From NCBI GenBank assembly GCA_964490175.1, contig CAZBAI010000002.1, positions 21,381-85,380 on the forward strand: a stretch of 64,000 bases of DNA. The letters run 5' to 3'. Source of the DNA: an uncultured Oscillospiraceae bacterium (lineage in GTDB: Bacteria > Bacillota > Clostridia > Oscillospirales > Ruminococcaceae). A program made the position numbers and the translations under genes. Under the pieces are notes generated by a model. The model was not told the DNA's origin. It did not search any database and saw only the letters and a list, made by a program, of their open reading frames with translations. The first letter of the stretch is position 1. The number at the start of each line of letters is the position of its first letter. Shown here one piece after another: positions 46,684-56,052 of the stretch.

Positions 46684-46786
46684 TTCAACACTGTTTAAAT
46701 TTGAACAGTTGTAAAATCGCTGTACTTCTAATTCTCTCTATCTGATATTATAATTCAACATAGTTCAAATGTCAACACTGTTTAAA
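46684..46786. promoter_or_regulatory. Repeated operator-like elements in the TetR / ABC divergent region
   Basis: TCAACACTGTTTAAA occurs twice (46685-46699 and 46772-46786). There is a related TTCAACATAGTTCAAA (46754-46769). An inverted partial copy TTTGAACAGTTG lies at 46700-46711. Confidence 0.45.
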
Positions 46787-46815
46787 AAATATATAGAGAG
46801 AGGAGCAAAAGACAT

Positions 46816-47781
46816 ATGGAGCAAAACGAAGCGATGTGCGCCAAAGCGCAGCATATTATCGAAACTTCACACCTGACCAAAGACTACGGTTTCGGCAGGG
46901 GAGTGTTTGATGTCAGCATTTATGTTGACAAAGGTGAGGTTTTCGGATTTTTAGGACCTAACGGTGCGGGAAAATCCACAACAATTCGCCATTTGATGGG
47001 GTTTTCAAAACCCGATTCGGGCAGTGCTGTGATTTTAGGTGAGCAGACCTTTAAAAATTATGACAAGGTATTAAACCGTGTGGGGTATATCCCCGGTGAA
47101 ATTGCGCTTCCCGCAGGGCTTACCGGCTGGGAGTTTATCCGCATGATGCAAGATATGCAAAAAATTCACAATGAAGAAAAACTAAAAGAAATGTTGACGT
47201 TGTTTGAACTGGACAACAAAGTTCTTTGCGGCGAAACAAAGCGAATGAGCCTTGGCGTTAAACGCAAGCTTGCGATTGTTGCGGCATTTATGTCAGACCC
47301 GCAGGTGCTTATTCTCGATGAGCCTACCAGCGGACTTGACCCTGTAATGCAGGAGTGCTTTATACAATTTATTCACGCCGAAAAAGCACGTGGCAAGACA
47401 ATTTTGCTTTCAAGCCATATTTTTTCGGAGATTGATTCGACTTGTGACCGCATTGCCATCATTAAGGACGGAAAAATCGTATCTGAGTTTATATCAGCCG
47501 ATTTAAAGCACGCTTCACGAAAATTTTATACGGTAGATTTTGCAAATGAAGCTTCAAGGCAAAAATTTAAAACCCAAAGCGCAAAGCTTGCATCGTGCAA
47601 AATCGGGGCAGAGCAGGGCAGTACTATTCAACTTTCCGTTGAAGATAAGGATTTGAACGAATTGATTGAGTTGCTTTCAAGCCTTTCGGTTCGGTCATTT
47701 AGCAACAGAAAAGAAACTTTAGAGGATTATTTTATGAAGTTTTATAAGGAGGATAAGGATTTCGGAGGTGCATTGCAGTGA
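46816..47781 (+). CDS. ABC transporter ATP-binding protein (ABC-2 type system, NBD 1)
   Basis: Walker A is GPNGAGKST, the signature-like motif is MSLGVKRKL, and Walker B is LILDEPTSGLD. Confidence 0.9.
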   Translation: MEQNEAMCAKAQHIIETSHLTKDYGFGRGVFDVSIYVDKGEVFGFLGPNGAGKSTTIRHLMGFSKPDSGSAVILGEQTFKNYDKVLNRVGYIPGEIALPAGLTGWEFIRMMQDMQKIHNEEKLKEMLTLFELDNKVLCGETKRMSLGVKRKLAIVAAFMSDPQVLILDEPTSGLDPVMQECFIQFIHAEKARGKTILLSSHIFSEIDSTCDRIAIIKDGKIVSEFISADLKHASRKFYTVDFANEASRQKFKTQSAKLASCKIGAEQGSTIQLSVEDKDLNELIELLSSLSVRSFSNRKETLEDYFMKFYKEDKDFGGALQ

Positions 47782-48677
47782 ATGTAATAGAGCTTTGCAA
47801 TCTGACAAAGGATTATGGTAACGGACAGGGCGTTTTTGACCTGAATCTTGCTATTAAAAGCGGCGAAATGATAGGCTATGTCGGCACAAACGGCAGCGGC
47901 AAAACAACTACAATACGTCACATTATGGGATTTTTAAAGCCCACTTCGGGCAGTGTATGCGTAAACGGATTATCATCATGGGAACATTCAAGTGAGATTG
48001 TAAAGCAAATCGGTTATGTTCCCGGCGAAATTGCTTTCCCCGATTTGAAAACAGGTATTGATTTTTTAAAGTGTCAGGCAGAATTTTTAAATCTTCGTGA
48101 TATGTCATATGCCAATGAGCTGATAGAACAACTTCAGCTTGACCCGAGAGCTAATCTTAAGCGCATGAGCAAGGGCATGAAGCAAAAAACTGCGCTTGTT
48201 GCCGCTTTGATGAACGATTCGCCGATTATTATCCTCGATGAGCCGACTACCGGACTTGATCCGCTTATGCGTGCGACATTTCTTGATATTATAAAGCGTG
48301 AGCATCAAAAAGGCAAAACCGTGCTGATGAGCAGTCACAGCTTTGATGAGTTGGAAAAAACCTGTGATAAGGTTGCACTTATCAGCGACGGACATATTGT
48401 CGATGTTTGCGATATGAACGATATCAGAAACCGCCAAGTGAAAGATTTTAAAATCGAGTTTTATACACAGCGGGATTATGTTCGGTTTTTGGACGAAAAT
48501 TATGAAAAAATACGCTTGCAGGAGCAGTATAATCAGGCAACGGTGCGCATTGATGCCGACATGACGGCACGGCTTTTGAGCGTTTTGAAATCATATAATG
48601 TCAAGTTCATTTCCGAGCTGCCTTTTACGTTGGAAATGCATTTTAAAAATATATTATTTGAACAAAAGAAAGGTTAA
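47778..48677 (+). CDS. ABC transporter ATP-binding protein (NBD 2)
   Basis: Walker A is GTNGSGKTT, the signature-like motif is MSKGMKQK, and Walker B is IILDEPTTGLD. It overlaps NBD 1 by 4 nt. Confidence 0.9.
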   Translation: MNVIELCNLTKDYGNGQGVFDLNLAIKSGEMIGYVGTNGSGKTTTIRHIMGFLKPTSGSVCVNGLSSWEHSSEIVKQIGYVPGEIAFPDLKTGIDFLKCQAEFLNLRDMSYANELIEQLQLDPRANLKRMSKGMKQKTALVAALMNDSPIIILDEPTTGLDPLMRATFLDIIKREHQKGKTVLMSSHSFDELEKTCDKVALISDGHIVDVCDMNDIRNRQVKDFKIEFYTQRDYVRFLDENYEKIRLQEQYNQATVRIDADMTARLLSVLKSYNVKFISELPFTLEMHFKNILFEQKKG

Positions 48678-48690
48678 AAGGTGAAGAACA

Positions 48691-50496
48691 ATGTTCAGTA
48701 AGGCTTTATTTAAGCAATCATGCAAAGCCAACGGTACAATGTGGGGAGTAATTACCTTTGCCGTTTGCTTTATGCTTGCCTGTGTTATGCTGATTTCCGG
48801 CAACGGAAACATCGGCATGGTGAGAAATTCGATTGAGGATACAATAATCATTAAAGAAACAGATGCGCAACTTGAAGAAAAAGCTATTTCGTATTATGCA
48901 AATGCCGAAGAGGGTTTGGCGGAGTTCGACGGTTTGTTTTCGGCAAATGCCGCCGATACGCTTTCTTATCTGACGTGGTGCTCACAAATGCCAAGCAGTG
49001 CCGATTTTGCGGATATAGAGAGCTATGCCGCCGCAACCGATATCTGGACGAATGCCGCACCGACAATGCAAACGCAGGCAGGCAAAGCGTTTTCGGATTC
49101 GTTAAACGAATGGCTTGACAATGCCCCGAAATCGGAGGATTTTGCATCTCAAGAGAGTTACAGCGCCGCCGCACAGTCTTGGTTAGAGCTTGCGCCTACG
49201 CAGCAAGACGCCGTTGCAACAGCGTATTCATATGCTTGCGATGAGCTTTCGGATTATCTTGCAAATTGTGCATCAAAAGTCGGCTATGCCGAAGATTCAA
49301 CACAGGCTAATGAAATTTTGGGCACTGTTATGTATACGCTAAACCCAAACGGCACATTTGATGATTTTTATGAAAAAAACGGCGAACAGCCGCTTGATGA
49401 GTATGATTATATTTCGCTGATTACTCATATTGCCGATGGTGACATCGAAACCTACCTTAACGGCAGTGAACGTGATTCATACCGTCAATCAAGGGCGGCA
49501 GACGGCGCTTCGATTTTTCTTGCCGCCAATGTGACTGACGAAGAAGTTATTGAAGCAATGCTTGAAGCGCTTGACGATTATGGCGTAACAAGAGAAAAAT
49601 ACGATTCGTTCGGATATACATATGACCATGTTAAGCATATGGCAAACACCGCCGTTGTTACATATCAAGGCAGGCTTGAATATGAGCTTTCACTTATTGA
49701 TGAGCAATATAAGACAGACGACCTTGAGAATAATGAAGAGTATATCAATGCGATGACCGAGAAAAAGGCCGAGCTTAAAAGCGATATATCCGCAAGTTTT
49801 CTTTCCACCTTGCCGAGTGAGGTTTCCGAGGCGCTTGACGAAATCGGTCAGGCTGACCTTTATACCTTGATTGTCGGTTCGATTTTTTATAAATTAGCCG
49901 GTTTGCTTTTGCCGATAATTTATATGATAATGGCTTCAAATAACCTGATTGCCGGTCAGGTAGACAGCGGCTCAATGGCGTACGTGCTTTCTACCTCGAC
50001 CAAAAGAAGCACAGTTGTGTTCACACAGGCTATCTATCTTTTAGGGTCGTTGTTTGCAATGTTTTCGCTTACAACGATTACCGGCTGCATATGCTTGCGC
50101 CTTGTCACGCAAGAGGTTGAACTGACATACACCAAACTGATTTTGCTTAATGTCGGCGCATTTCTTGTGCTCGTCGCACTCTCGGGGCTTTGCTTTTTCA
50201 CTTCGTGCGTATTCGACCGCAGCAAACGTTCAATGGCAATCGGCGGCGGACTTTCGATTTTTGCGCTTGTTGCCGCAATGCTCGGATTATTCGGCAGCCC
50301 TGTAATTCCCTCGGTTGTACGTCTTGAAGCATTAAATAACTTTAATTTTGCAACAATTATTTCTTTGTTTGATGTAATTTCGATTATCGACGGCACAAAC
50401 ACATTTATTATTAAATTCATCATTTTGGGAATATCGGGTATTATCGGATATATAGCCGGTTCTCTATGTTTTGTAAAAAAAGATTTGCCGCTGTAA
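48691..50496 (+). CDS. ABC-2 family permease with a large acidic extracytoplasmic domain
   Basis: The 601-aa protein has one N-terminal TM helix and an acidic loop of about 370 aa. The loop contains an internal duplicated module (SADFADIESYAAATDIWTNAAPT and SEDFASQESYSAAAQSWLELAPT). Five C-terminal TM helices follow. Confidence 0.75.
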   Translation: MFSKALFKQSCKANGTMWGVITFAVCFMLACVMLISGNGNIGMVRNSIEDTIIIKETDAQLEEKAISYYANAEEGLAEFDGLFSANAADTLSYLTWCSQMPSSADFADIESYAAATDIWTNAAPTMQTQAGKAFSDSLNEWLDNAPKSEDFASQESYSAAAQSWLELAPTQQDAVATAYSYACDELSDYLANCASKVGYAEDSTQANEILGTVMYTLNPNGTFDDFYEKNGEQPLDEYDYISLITHIADGDIETYLNGSERDSYRQSRAADGASIFLAANVTDEEVIEAMLEALDDYGVTREKYDSFGYTYDHVKHMANTAVVTYQGRLEYELSLIDEQYKTDDLENNEEYINAMTEKKAELKSDISASFLSTLPSEVSEALDEIGQADLYTLIVGSIFYKLAGLLLPIIYMIMASNNLIAGQVDSGSMAYVLSTSTKRSTVVFTQAIYLLGSLFAMFSLTTITGCICLRLVTQEVELTYTKLILLNVGAFLVLVALSGLCFFTSCVFDRSKRSMAIGGGLSIFALVAAMLGLFGSPVIPSVVRLEALNNFNFATIISLFDVISIIDGTNTFIIKFIILGISGIIGYIAGSLCFVKKDLPL

Positions 50497-50525
50497 AATC
50501 TTTGGTTTACAATACGGTGATAATG

Positions 50526-50570
50526 CAAAAAACGGGCACTTACTGTTTTCGGTAAGTGCCCTTAGCTTTT
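50526..50570. terminator. Bidirectional intrinsic terminator
   Basis: GGGCACTTAC pairs with GTAAGTGCCC, flanked by an A-run and a T-rich tail, between convergent genes. Confidence 0.7.
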
Positions 50571-50672
50571 AAACTGTATGTTGATACTGTGTGATTTGAT
50601 ATTTTGGGGCGCCGCAATAGGTGCAAAAGCTCTGTGCCTGCGTACATCGTTCCGATGAAGTTAAATGAATCG

Positions 50673-52730
50673 TCAACAATCGACAAGCTTTAGTGCTCCG
50701 GTAGGGCAAGCTTCAAAGCATTTTTTGCAATCTTTGCAAGCCGAAATAACCTCATCGTTGTCAAATTCGGGTTTAATAACCGTATTAAAGCCTCTGCCGA
50801 CCAGTCCGAGAATGCCTTTTTTAGCGTCTTCGTCGCAAATTCTGACGCAAAGTCCGCAGAGAATGCATTTTCCGGGGTTGCGTTCGATAACTTTAAGCCG
50901 CCGTTCAACAGAACCTATGTTTTTGATGCCGTCAAGTCTTTTCGGGTTGATATCATGCATATCGGCATATTTGATGAGCTTGCAATCTTTGTAATCAAAA
51001 CAGCCGCATTTTAGACAGCGTGCAGCTTCGGAGCGCACGGCTTGCTCATCATCAAATCCGAGATTTATTTCATCAAAATCATTTTTGCGGATATGAGATG
51101 AGCGCAGCGGCATTTTTATGCGCATTTTCTTTTCTTTAGCGCTAAAGTCGATATCCGAAAGGCGCCGCTGCGAAACAAAATGTGTTTTGCACGGCTTGAT
51201 ATCGCCGCACAAAAAGCTGTGCACAACCTCGGCGCATTTGTTTGCCTCGCCGATTGCGGCAATTGCAATTGAAGCGCCTTTGTTAGTTGCGTCGCCAATG
51301 GCAAAAACCTTTTCGTCATTGGTGAGAAATGTCGTTTCGTCCGCAAGAATTGTGCCTTTTTTTGTCTTGCCGATACTTTCAAATCCGCTCGGTTCAATCG
51401 TTTGACCGATTGCCATGATTACCGTATCGACATCAAGATATTCAAATTCGCCGTCAATTGCAACAGGTGAGCGACGTCCGCTTGCATCAGGTTCGCCAAG
51501 CTGCATTTTTGCAAGTTTTATTTGCGAAACATTGCCGTTTTCGCCGATGATTTCTTCGGGATTTGTTAAAAACTTAAACTCAACGCCTTCTTCTATTGCC
51601 TCGGAAATTTCAATGTCCTCGGCGGGCATTTCGTTTCTTGTTCGCCTGTAAATTACATAAACCTTGTCGGCATTGCAGCGAACAGCACTTCTGCAAGCGT
51701 CCATTGCGGTGTTTCCGCCGCCGCATACGGCAACTTTTTTGCCGCGCAAATCAGCGATTTGAGCCATCCCCGATATGGGCGCAAGAAAGTCGATTCCGCC
51801 GATAACTCCGTTTAAATCCTCACCCTTAACGTGCATCGACATACTTTTCCATGCGCCTGATGCTATGATAACCGCATCGGATTGCGCTTTGATTTCGTCT
51901 AACTCTATATCAACACCGATTTTGCAATTGTTTATAAATTCGATTCCGTAAAGCTCAATTTCGGCAATTTCCCTATCAAGAACATTTTTAGGCAACCTGT
52001 ATGCGGGAATGCCGTAGCGAAGCATGCCGCCCATTTTCGGCATCATGTCGTAAACCTTAACGCCATGTCCTTTTAAAGCAAGAAAATACGCCGCAGTAAG
52101 TCCTGCCGGACCGCCCCCGATAACGGCAACTTTTTTTCCCGTGTCGGCATTTGCGATTGCCCTGTATGTGTCTGACTTTAAATCCATATCGGCGGCATAT
52201 GCTTTAAGCTTCGCTATCGAGAGCGACTGCTCAACATATTGTCGGCGGCAGTTTTGCTCACATGGGTGCGGACATACTCTGCCGATTGAAGCCGGCAACG
52301 GAAGCTTTTCTTTAATGGTTTTTACAGCGCCGTGATAATCTCCGTTTGCGATTTGCTCAATATATTTTTGACAATCGGTTTGTGCGGGGCAATTTAGCCT
52401 GCACGGACCTATGCAGTCACCGTCATGGTCGCTCATAATCAGCTCCAAAGCGATTTTTCTTGCGTTAGCTGCACGTTCGGTGTCGCTTGAAACGACATAT
52501 CCGTTCATTGCCTTTGCAGAGCACGCACGCATAAGTTTCGGCAGCGCCTTGCCGTTTCCGTCATCAAGAATTTCAACGGCGCACAAACCGCACGCACCGT
52601 ACGGCTCTACGCTTTCATTGTTGCAAAGGTTGGGAATTTCAATGCCGTTATCCAGCGCGGCTTTTAGAATTGAATCACCCTCAAAGCATTGGCATTGCCT
52701 GCCGTTTATAGTTAATTCGATTTTATTCAT
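50673..52730 (-). CDS. NuoG-N-terminal [2Fe-2S]/[4Fe-4S] + GltD/NfnB-like NAD(P)H flavoprotein + ferredoxin-domain fusion (StnC/NfnC-like)
   Basis: The sequence begins MNKIELTINGRQCQCFEGDSILKAA...CGLC, a plant-type 2Fe-2S motif. The GltD signature is GGGPAGLTAAYFLALKGHGVKVYDMMPKMGGMLRYGIPAYRLPK. A second dinucleotide motif is CGGGNTAMD. C-terminal Cys clusters include CILCGLCVRIC and CKDCKKCFEACP. No H-cluster motifs are present. The start at 52730 follows GAGG. Confidence 0.8.
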   Translation of the reverse strand: MNKIELTINGRQCQCFEGDSILKAALDNGIEIPNLCNNESVEPYGACGLCAVEILDDGNGKALPKLMRACSAKAMNGYVVSSDTERAANARKIALELIMSDHDGDCIGPCRLNCPAQTDCQKYIEQIANGDYHGAVKTIKEKLPLPASIGRVCPHPCEQNCRRQYVEQSLSIAKLKAYAADMDLKSDTYRAIANADTGKKVAVIGGGPAGLTAAYFLALKGHGVKVYDMMPKMGGMLRYGIPAYRLPKNVLDREIAEIELYGIEFINNCKIGVDIELDEIKAQSDAVIIASGAWKSMSMHVKGEDLNGVIGGIDFLAPISGMAQIADLRGKKVAVCGGGNTAMDACRSAVRCNADKVYVIYRRTRNEMPAEDIEISEAIEEGVEFKFLTNPEEIIGENGNVSQIKLAKMQLGEPDASGRRSPVAIDGEFEYLDVDTVIMAIGQTIEPSGFESIGKTKKGTILADETTFLTNDEKVFAIGDATNKGASIAIAAIGEANKCAEVVHSFLCGDIKPCKTHFVSQRRLSDIDFSAKEKKMRIKMPLRSSHIRKNDFDEINLGFDDEQAVRSEAARCLKCGCFDYKDCKLIKYADMHDINPKRLDGIKNIGSVERRLKVIERNPGKCILCGLCVRICDEDAKKGILGLVGRGFNTVIKPEFDNDEVISACKDCKKCFEACPTGALKLVDC

Positions 52731-52741
52731 AATATTTAACC

Positions 52742-54490
52742 TCACTTGACGCAAATTGCACCGAAACGGCATACATTTGCGCATTGACCGCATTTAATGC
52801 ACCGCTTAGGGTCAATAATATGGGCATTCTTTACAGCGCCCGAAATTGCCTTTGCAGGGCATTTTTTTGCGCACAAAGTACAGCCTTTGCATTTTTCCGG
52901 CAATATGCTGTAACATAGCAAATCCTTGCATTCTGCCGCAGGACATTGCTTTTCGGCGATATGTGCCTGATATTCATTTCTGAAATATTTTATAGTTGTC
53001 AGCACCGGATTGGGCGCTGTTTGACCCAAACCGCAAAGTGCGCCGTCTTTAATGGCATAGCAAAGCTCTTCAAGCAGTTCGATATCACCTTGCCGACCTT
53101 TGCCTTGTGTAATTCTTGTAAGAATTTCCTGCATACGCTTTGTGCCGATTCTGCAATGCACGCATTTACCGCATGATTCTTTAGCGGTAAAATCAAGGAA
53201 AAATTTTGCCATTTGCACCATGCAGGTAGATTCATCCATAACGACCATACCGCCGCTGCCCATAATCGCACCGGTTTTGGCAAGCTCTTTATAATCGATA
53301 ACGGTGTCAAGCAAATCCGAAGGAATACAGCCGCCCGAAGGACCGCCCATCTGAACAGCCTTAAACTCTTTATCGTTTTTAATGCCGCCGCCTATGTCGA
53401 AAATTACATCACGCAAGGTTTTGCCCATCGGTATTTCGACAAGTCCGCCACGTTTGATTTTACCTGTCAAGGCGAAAACCTTTGTGCCCTTTGAATCGGG
53501 CGTGCCCATTGCCGAAAACGCTTTGCCCGAATTTGTGATTATCCATGCAACATTCGCAAGCGTTTCAACATTGTTAATATTTGAGGGCTTATGCCAATAT
53601 CCCGCCTGCGCCGGAAAAGGCGGCTTCAGCCTCGGCATACCTCGGCTGCCCTCAAGCGATTCGATCAATGCGGTTTCTTCACCGCAGACAAAAGCACCGG
53701 CGCCTGCCTTGATGGTAAAATCACACGAAAACTTGCTGCCTAATATGTTTTTGCCGATAAATCCTGCTCTTTCGGCTTGTTTGATGGCATTTTGCAGTCT
53801 TACAATTGCAAGAGGATATTCTGCACGCACATAAACGATTGCGTGTGAAGCTCCGATTGCAAAAGCGCCGATAAGCATACCTTCAATCAGTGTGTGCGGG
53901 TCGCTTTCGATAACAGCCCTGTCCATAAATGCTCCGGGGTCGCCCTCGTCGGCATTGCATATAAAATATTTTTCATCACCCTTCGAGTTCCTTGCGGCGT
54001 TCCATTTAAACCATGTCGGGAATCCGGCGCCGCCTCTGCCGGCAAGCCCGGAAATTTTGATTTCTTCAATCACACTTTCGGGCGACATATCGGTTAAAAC
54101 CTTTGAAAGTGCGGTATATCCGCCTGCGGCAATGTAAGCGTTAATATCGTTAGGGTCGATAATGCCGCAGTTGCGCAGGGCGATTCGTGTTTGCTTTTCA
54201 AGAAAGGCTTTGTCCTCGGCAGAAATTTCAAGGTCTGAAATTTCGGAAAAATTACATGAATTTACAGCCATAGCGATCCTTTGAGCATCGTTTTCTCCGA
54301 CTTTTACAAGTCTATGCAAAACGCCGTTATCATCATATATATCGACAATCGGTTCAAGCCAACACATTCCGATACAACCTGTTGTCAAAACCGAAATGCC
54401 GCTGCTTTCAAGTTGTGCTGTTAAGGCATTTGCAACTTTTTGTGCGCCGGCGGCAATACCGCAGCTGCCCTGTCCGACAGAAATTTTCAT
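52742..54490 (-). CDS. NuoF/HydB-like NADH-binding FMN iron-sulfur flavoprotein (StnB/BfuB-like)
   Basis: The 582-aa protein has an N-terminal thioredoxin-like ferredoxin domain. Its motifs are GRGGAGFPTWFKW (FMN/NADH), CGKCVHCRIG (N3 cluster), and two C-terminal 4Fe-4S motifs CKGCTLCAKKCP and CIKCGQCANVC. Confidence 0.9.
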   Translation of the reverse strand: MKISVGQGSCGIAAGAQKVANALTAQLESSGISVLTTGCIGMCWLEPIVDIYDDNGVLHRLVKVGENDAQRIAMAVNSCNFSEISDLEISAEDKAFLEKQTRIALRNCGIIDPNDINAYIAAGGYTALSKVLTDMSPESVIEEIKISGLAGRGGAGFPTWFKWNAARNSKGDEKYFICNADEGDPGAFMDRAVIESDPHTLIEGMLIGAFAIGASHAIVYVRAEYPLAIVRLQNAIKQAERAGFIGKNILGSKFSCDFTIKAGAGAFVCGEETALIESLEGSRGMPRLKPPFPAQAGYWHKPSNINNVETLANVAWIITNSGKAFSAMGTPDSKGTKVFALTGKIKRGGLVEIPMGKTLRDVIFDIGGGIKNDKEFKAVQMGGPSGGCIPSDLLDTVIDYKELAKTGAIMGSGGMVVMDESTCMVQMAKFFLDFTAKESCGKCVHCRIGTKRMQEILTRITQGKGRQGDIELLEELCYAIKDGALCGLGQTAPNPVLTTIKYFRNEYQAHIAEKQCPAAECKDLLCYSILPEKCKGCTLCAKKCPAKAISGAVKNAHIIDPKRCIKCGQCANVCRFGAICVK

Positions 54491-54990
54491 ACGTTTTGTC
54501 GCTCCTTTTGCATGATATCATCAAGAATTTCGTTTACTTTTGCAGGGTTAAGCGAGCCGTAAGTTTCGCCGTTTATCATCATAACAGGTGAAAGACTGCA
54601 ACAGCCGAGACACGCAACAAAGCTCAGCGAAAAAAGCCCGTCGTCGGTGGTTTCGCCGTCATTTATGCCAAGCTTTTGCAAAATCGCCTTTGCGATATCA
54701 TCACTGCCGTTTACATGGCAGGCAGTGCCCTTGCAGAGCATTATCAGGTATTTTCCGATAGGCTTAAATCTGAACTGGGTGTAAAATGTGGCAACGCCCA
54801 TAACCTTTGCGGGTGTGTTGTTTGTGGCTTTCGCAATTTTATATATCACAGGCGTGGGCAGATATCCGTATATATCCTGTGCTTTTTGCAAAATCGTGAT
54901 AAGACTTCCCTTAACTTGGGCGTATCTGTCAAGAACGCCGTCGATAAGCGAAAGGTCTGTATTTGTGTTGTTACAGTTGCAACAGCTCAT
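54487..54990 (-). CDS. NuoE/HydC-like [2Fe-2S] thioredoxin-like ferredoxin subunit (StnA/BfuC-like)
   Basis: The 167-aa protein has the Cys pattern CKGTACH...CLGCCSLSPV. It overlaps the next gene by 4 nt. Confidence 0.85.
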   Translation of the reverse strand: MSCCNCNNTNTDLSLIDGVLDRYAQVKGSLITILQKAQDIYGYLPTPVIYKIAKATNNTPAKVMGVATFYTQFRFKPIGKYLIMLCKGTACHVNGSDDIAKAILQKLGINDGETTDDGLFSLSFVACLGCCSLSPVMMINGETYGSLNPAKVNEILDDIMQKERQNV

Positions 54991-55061
54991 GATTTTTCAT
55001 CTCCGAATAACAAAAATATTACATTATACATTTTAATACATTTCTTTTAATAAGTCAATAC

Positions 55062-55099
55062 ACAAAAAACGCCAAGACGTTGTTTGTCGCCTTGGCGTT
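55062..55099 (-). terminator. Intrinsic terminator after plsC
   Basis: On the minus strand AACGCCAAG pairs with CTTGGCGTT, followed by TTTTTGTG. Confidence 0.7.
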
Positions 55100-55108
55100 T
55101 TGCATATT

Positions 55109-55828
55109 TTATCTGTGCCTTACTTTTGAAGCTATAAGCGAGTCGATACGGCTCTTGACAAGAGCGCTTATTTCGGAGGTTTTCATATTTTTATAATCTT
55201 CATAATATATCGGTTCTAAATAATAAACTCTTGTGAAAACAGGCGTCAGCTTCAAACCGGTGAAAACTTTGTAGGAATTTATCAACGCAACCGGCACGAT
55301 GGGACATTTTGCATCAACGGCACTGCGAAAACAGCCGCTGTAAAATTTTTGCAGTCGGTTTTTGTTGTTTGAATAACCGCCCTCGGGAAAAATTATGTAC
55401 TTACCGCCGTTTTGCGCCCTTAAACTAAGTTCGGAAATGGCATTGCGCTGTTGGCGCAGACTGGATTTATCGAGCGTTATCGCTCTTATAAATTTGACAA
55501 AGTCCTTTACAATGGGCAACTTTGCACGTTCATAGTCCATAACAAACGAGCAGGGTTCGTTATGGGTTGCCATGATGCCGAGCACATCGTATTTGCCTTG
55601 GTGATTGGGAAACATGATGTATCCCGTATCTTTCGGGAGATTTTCCTTGCCGTAGGCTTTTGTGAACACAAAACCTTTGGTTTGAATTATCCTTATCATC
55701 TTTTTGGTCATATTATAGCATTTTTCGACTGTATATTTTGACGGATTCGCCGCATATCTTCTCATCCTCGGCACGTAGTAGAGAATATCGGGCGTGCAGA
55801 CAAGTATCACAAAAATAAACCTTAGCAT
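55109..55828 (-). CDS. plsC: 1-acyl-sn-glycerol-3-phosphate acyltransferase family protein
   Basis: The 239-aa protein has the HX4D motif (NHQGKYD) and the FPEGG motif. Confidence 0.85.
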   Translation of the reverse strand: MLRFIFVILVCTPDILYYVPRMRRYAANPSKYTVEKCYNMTKKMIRIIQTKGFVFTKAYGKENLPKDTGYIMFPNHQGKYDVLGIMATHNEPCSFVMDYERAKLPIVKDFVKFIRAITLDKSSLRQQRNAISELSLRAQNGGKYIIFPEGGYSNNKNRLQKFYSGCFRSAVDAKCPIVPVALINSYKVFTGLKLTPVFTRVYYLEPIYYEDYKNMKTSEISALVKSRIDSLIASKVRHR

Positions 55829-56052
55829 TCATTTCCTCCTTTACCGTATTGTACATATATATTGTACATTATTATTTTAAAGCTTTTGTTAAATTATTTT
55901 TAATATAAAAATACGACGTGTTTTAACGGTGATTTAACATTGAAAAGATATATTTTACTTACACAAAGGGCAATATTAGCCGCGGAATGTTTTTTTAAAA
56001 TTTCCGATTGCCCGAAATATCACTAAAATCAACATTTTTGGGAGGAATATCA

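Noticed and set aside
50673-54990. An electron-bifurcating [FeFe]-hydrogenase (HydABC) or respiratory complex I fragment.
   Set aside because: The third subunit has no H-cluster motifs and instead carries a GltD/NfnB-type flavoprotein module. No nuoA-D or nuoH-N genes are present. A Bfu/Stn-type transhydrogenase fits better.
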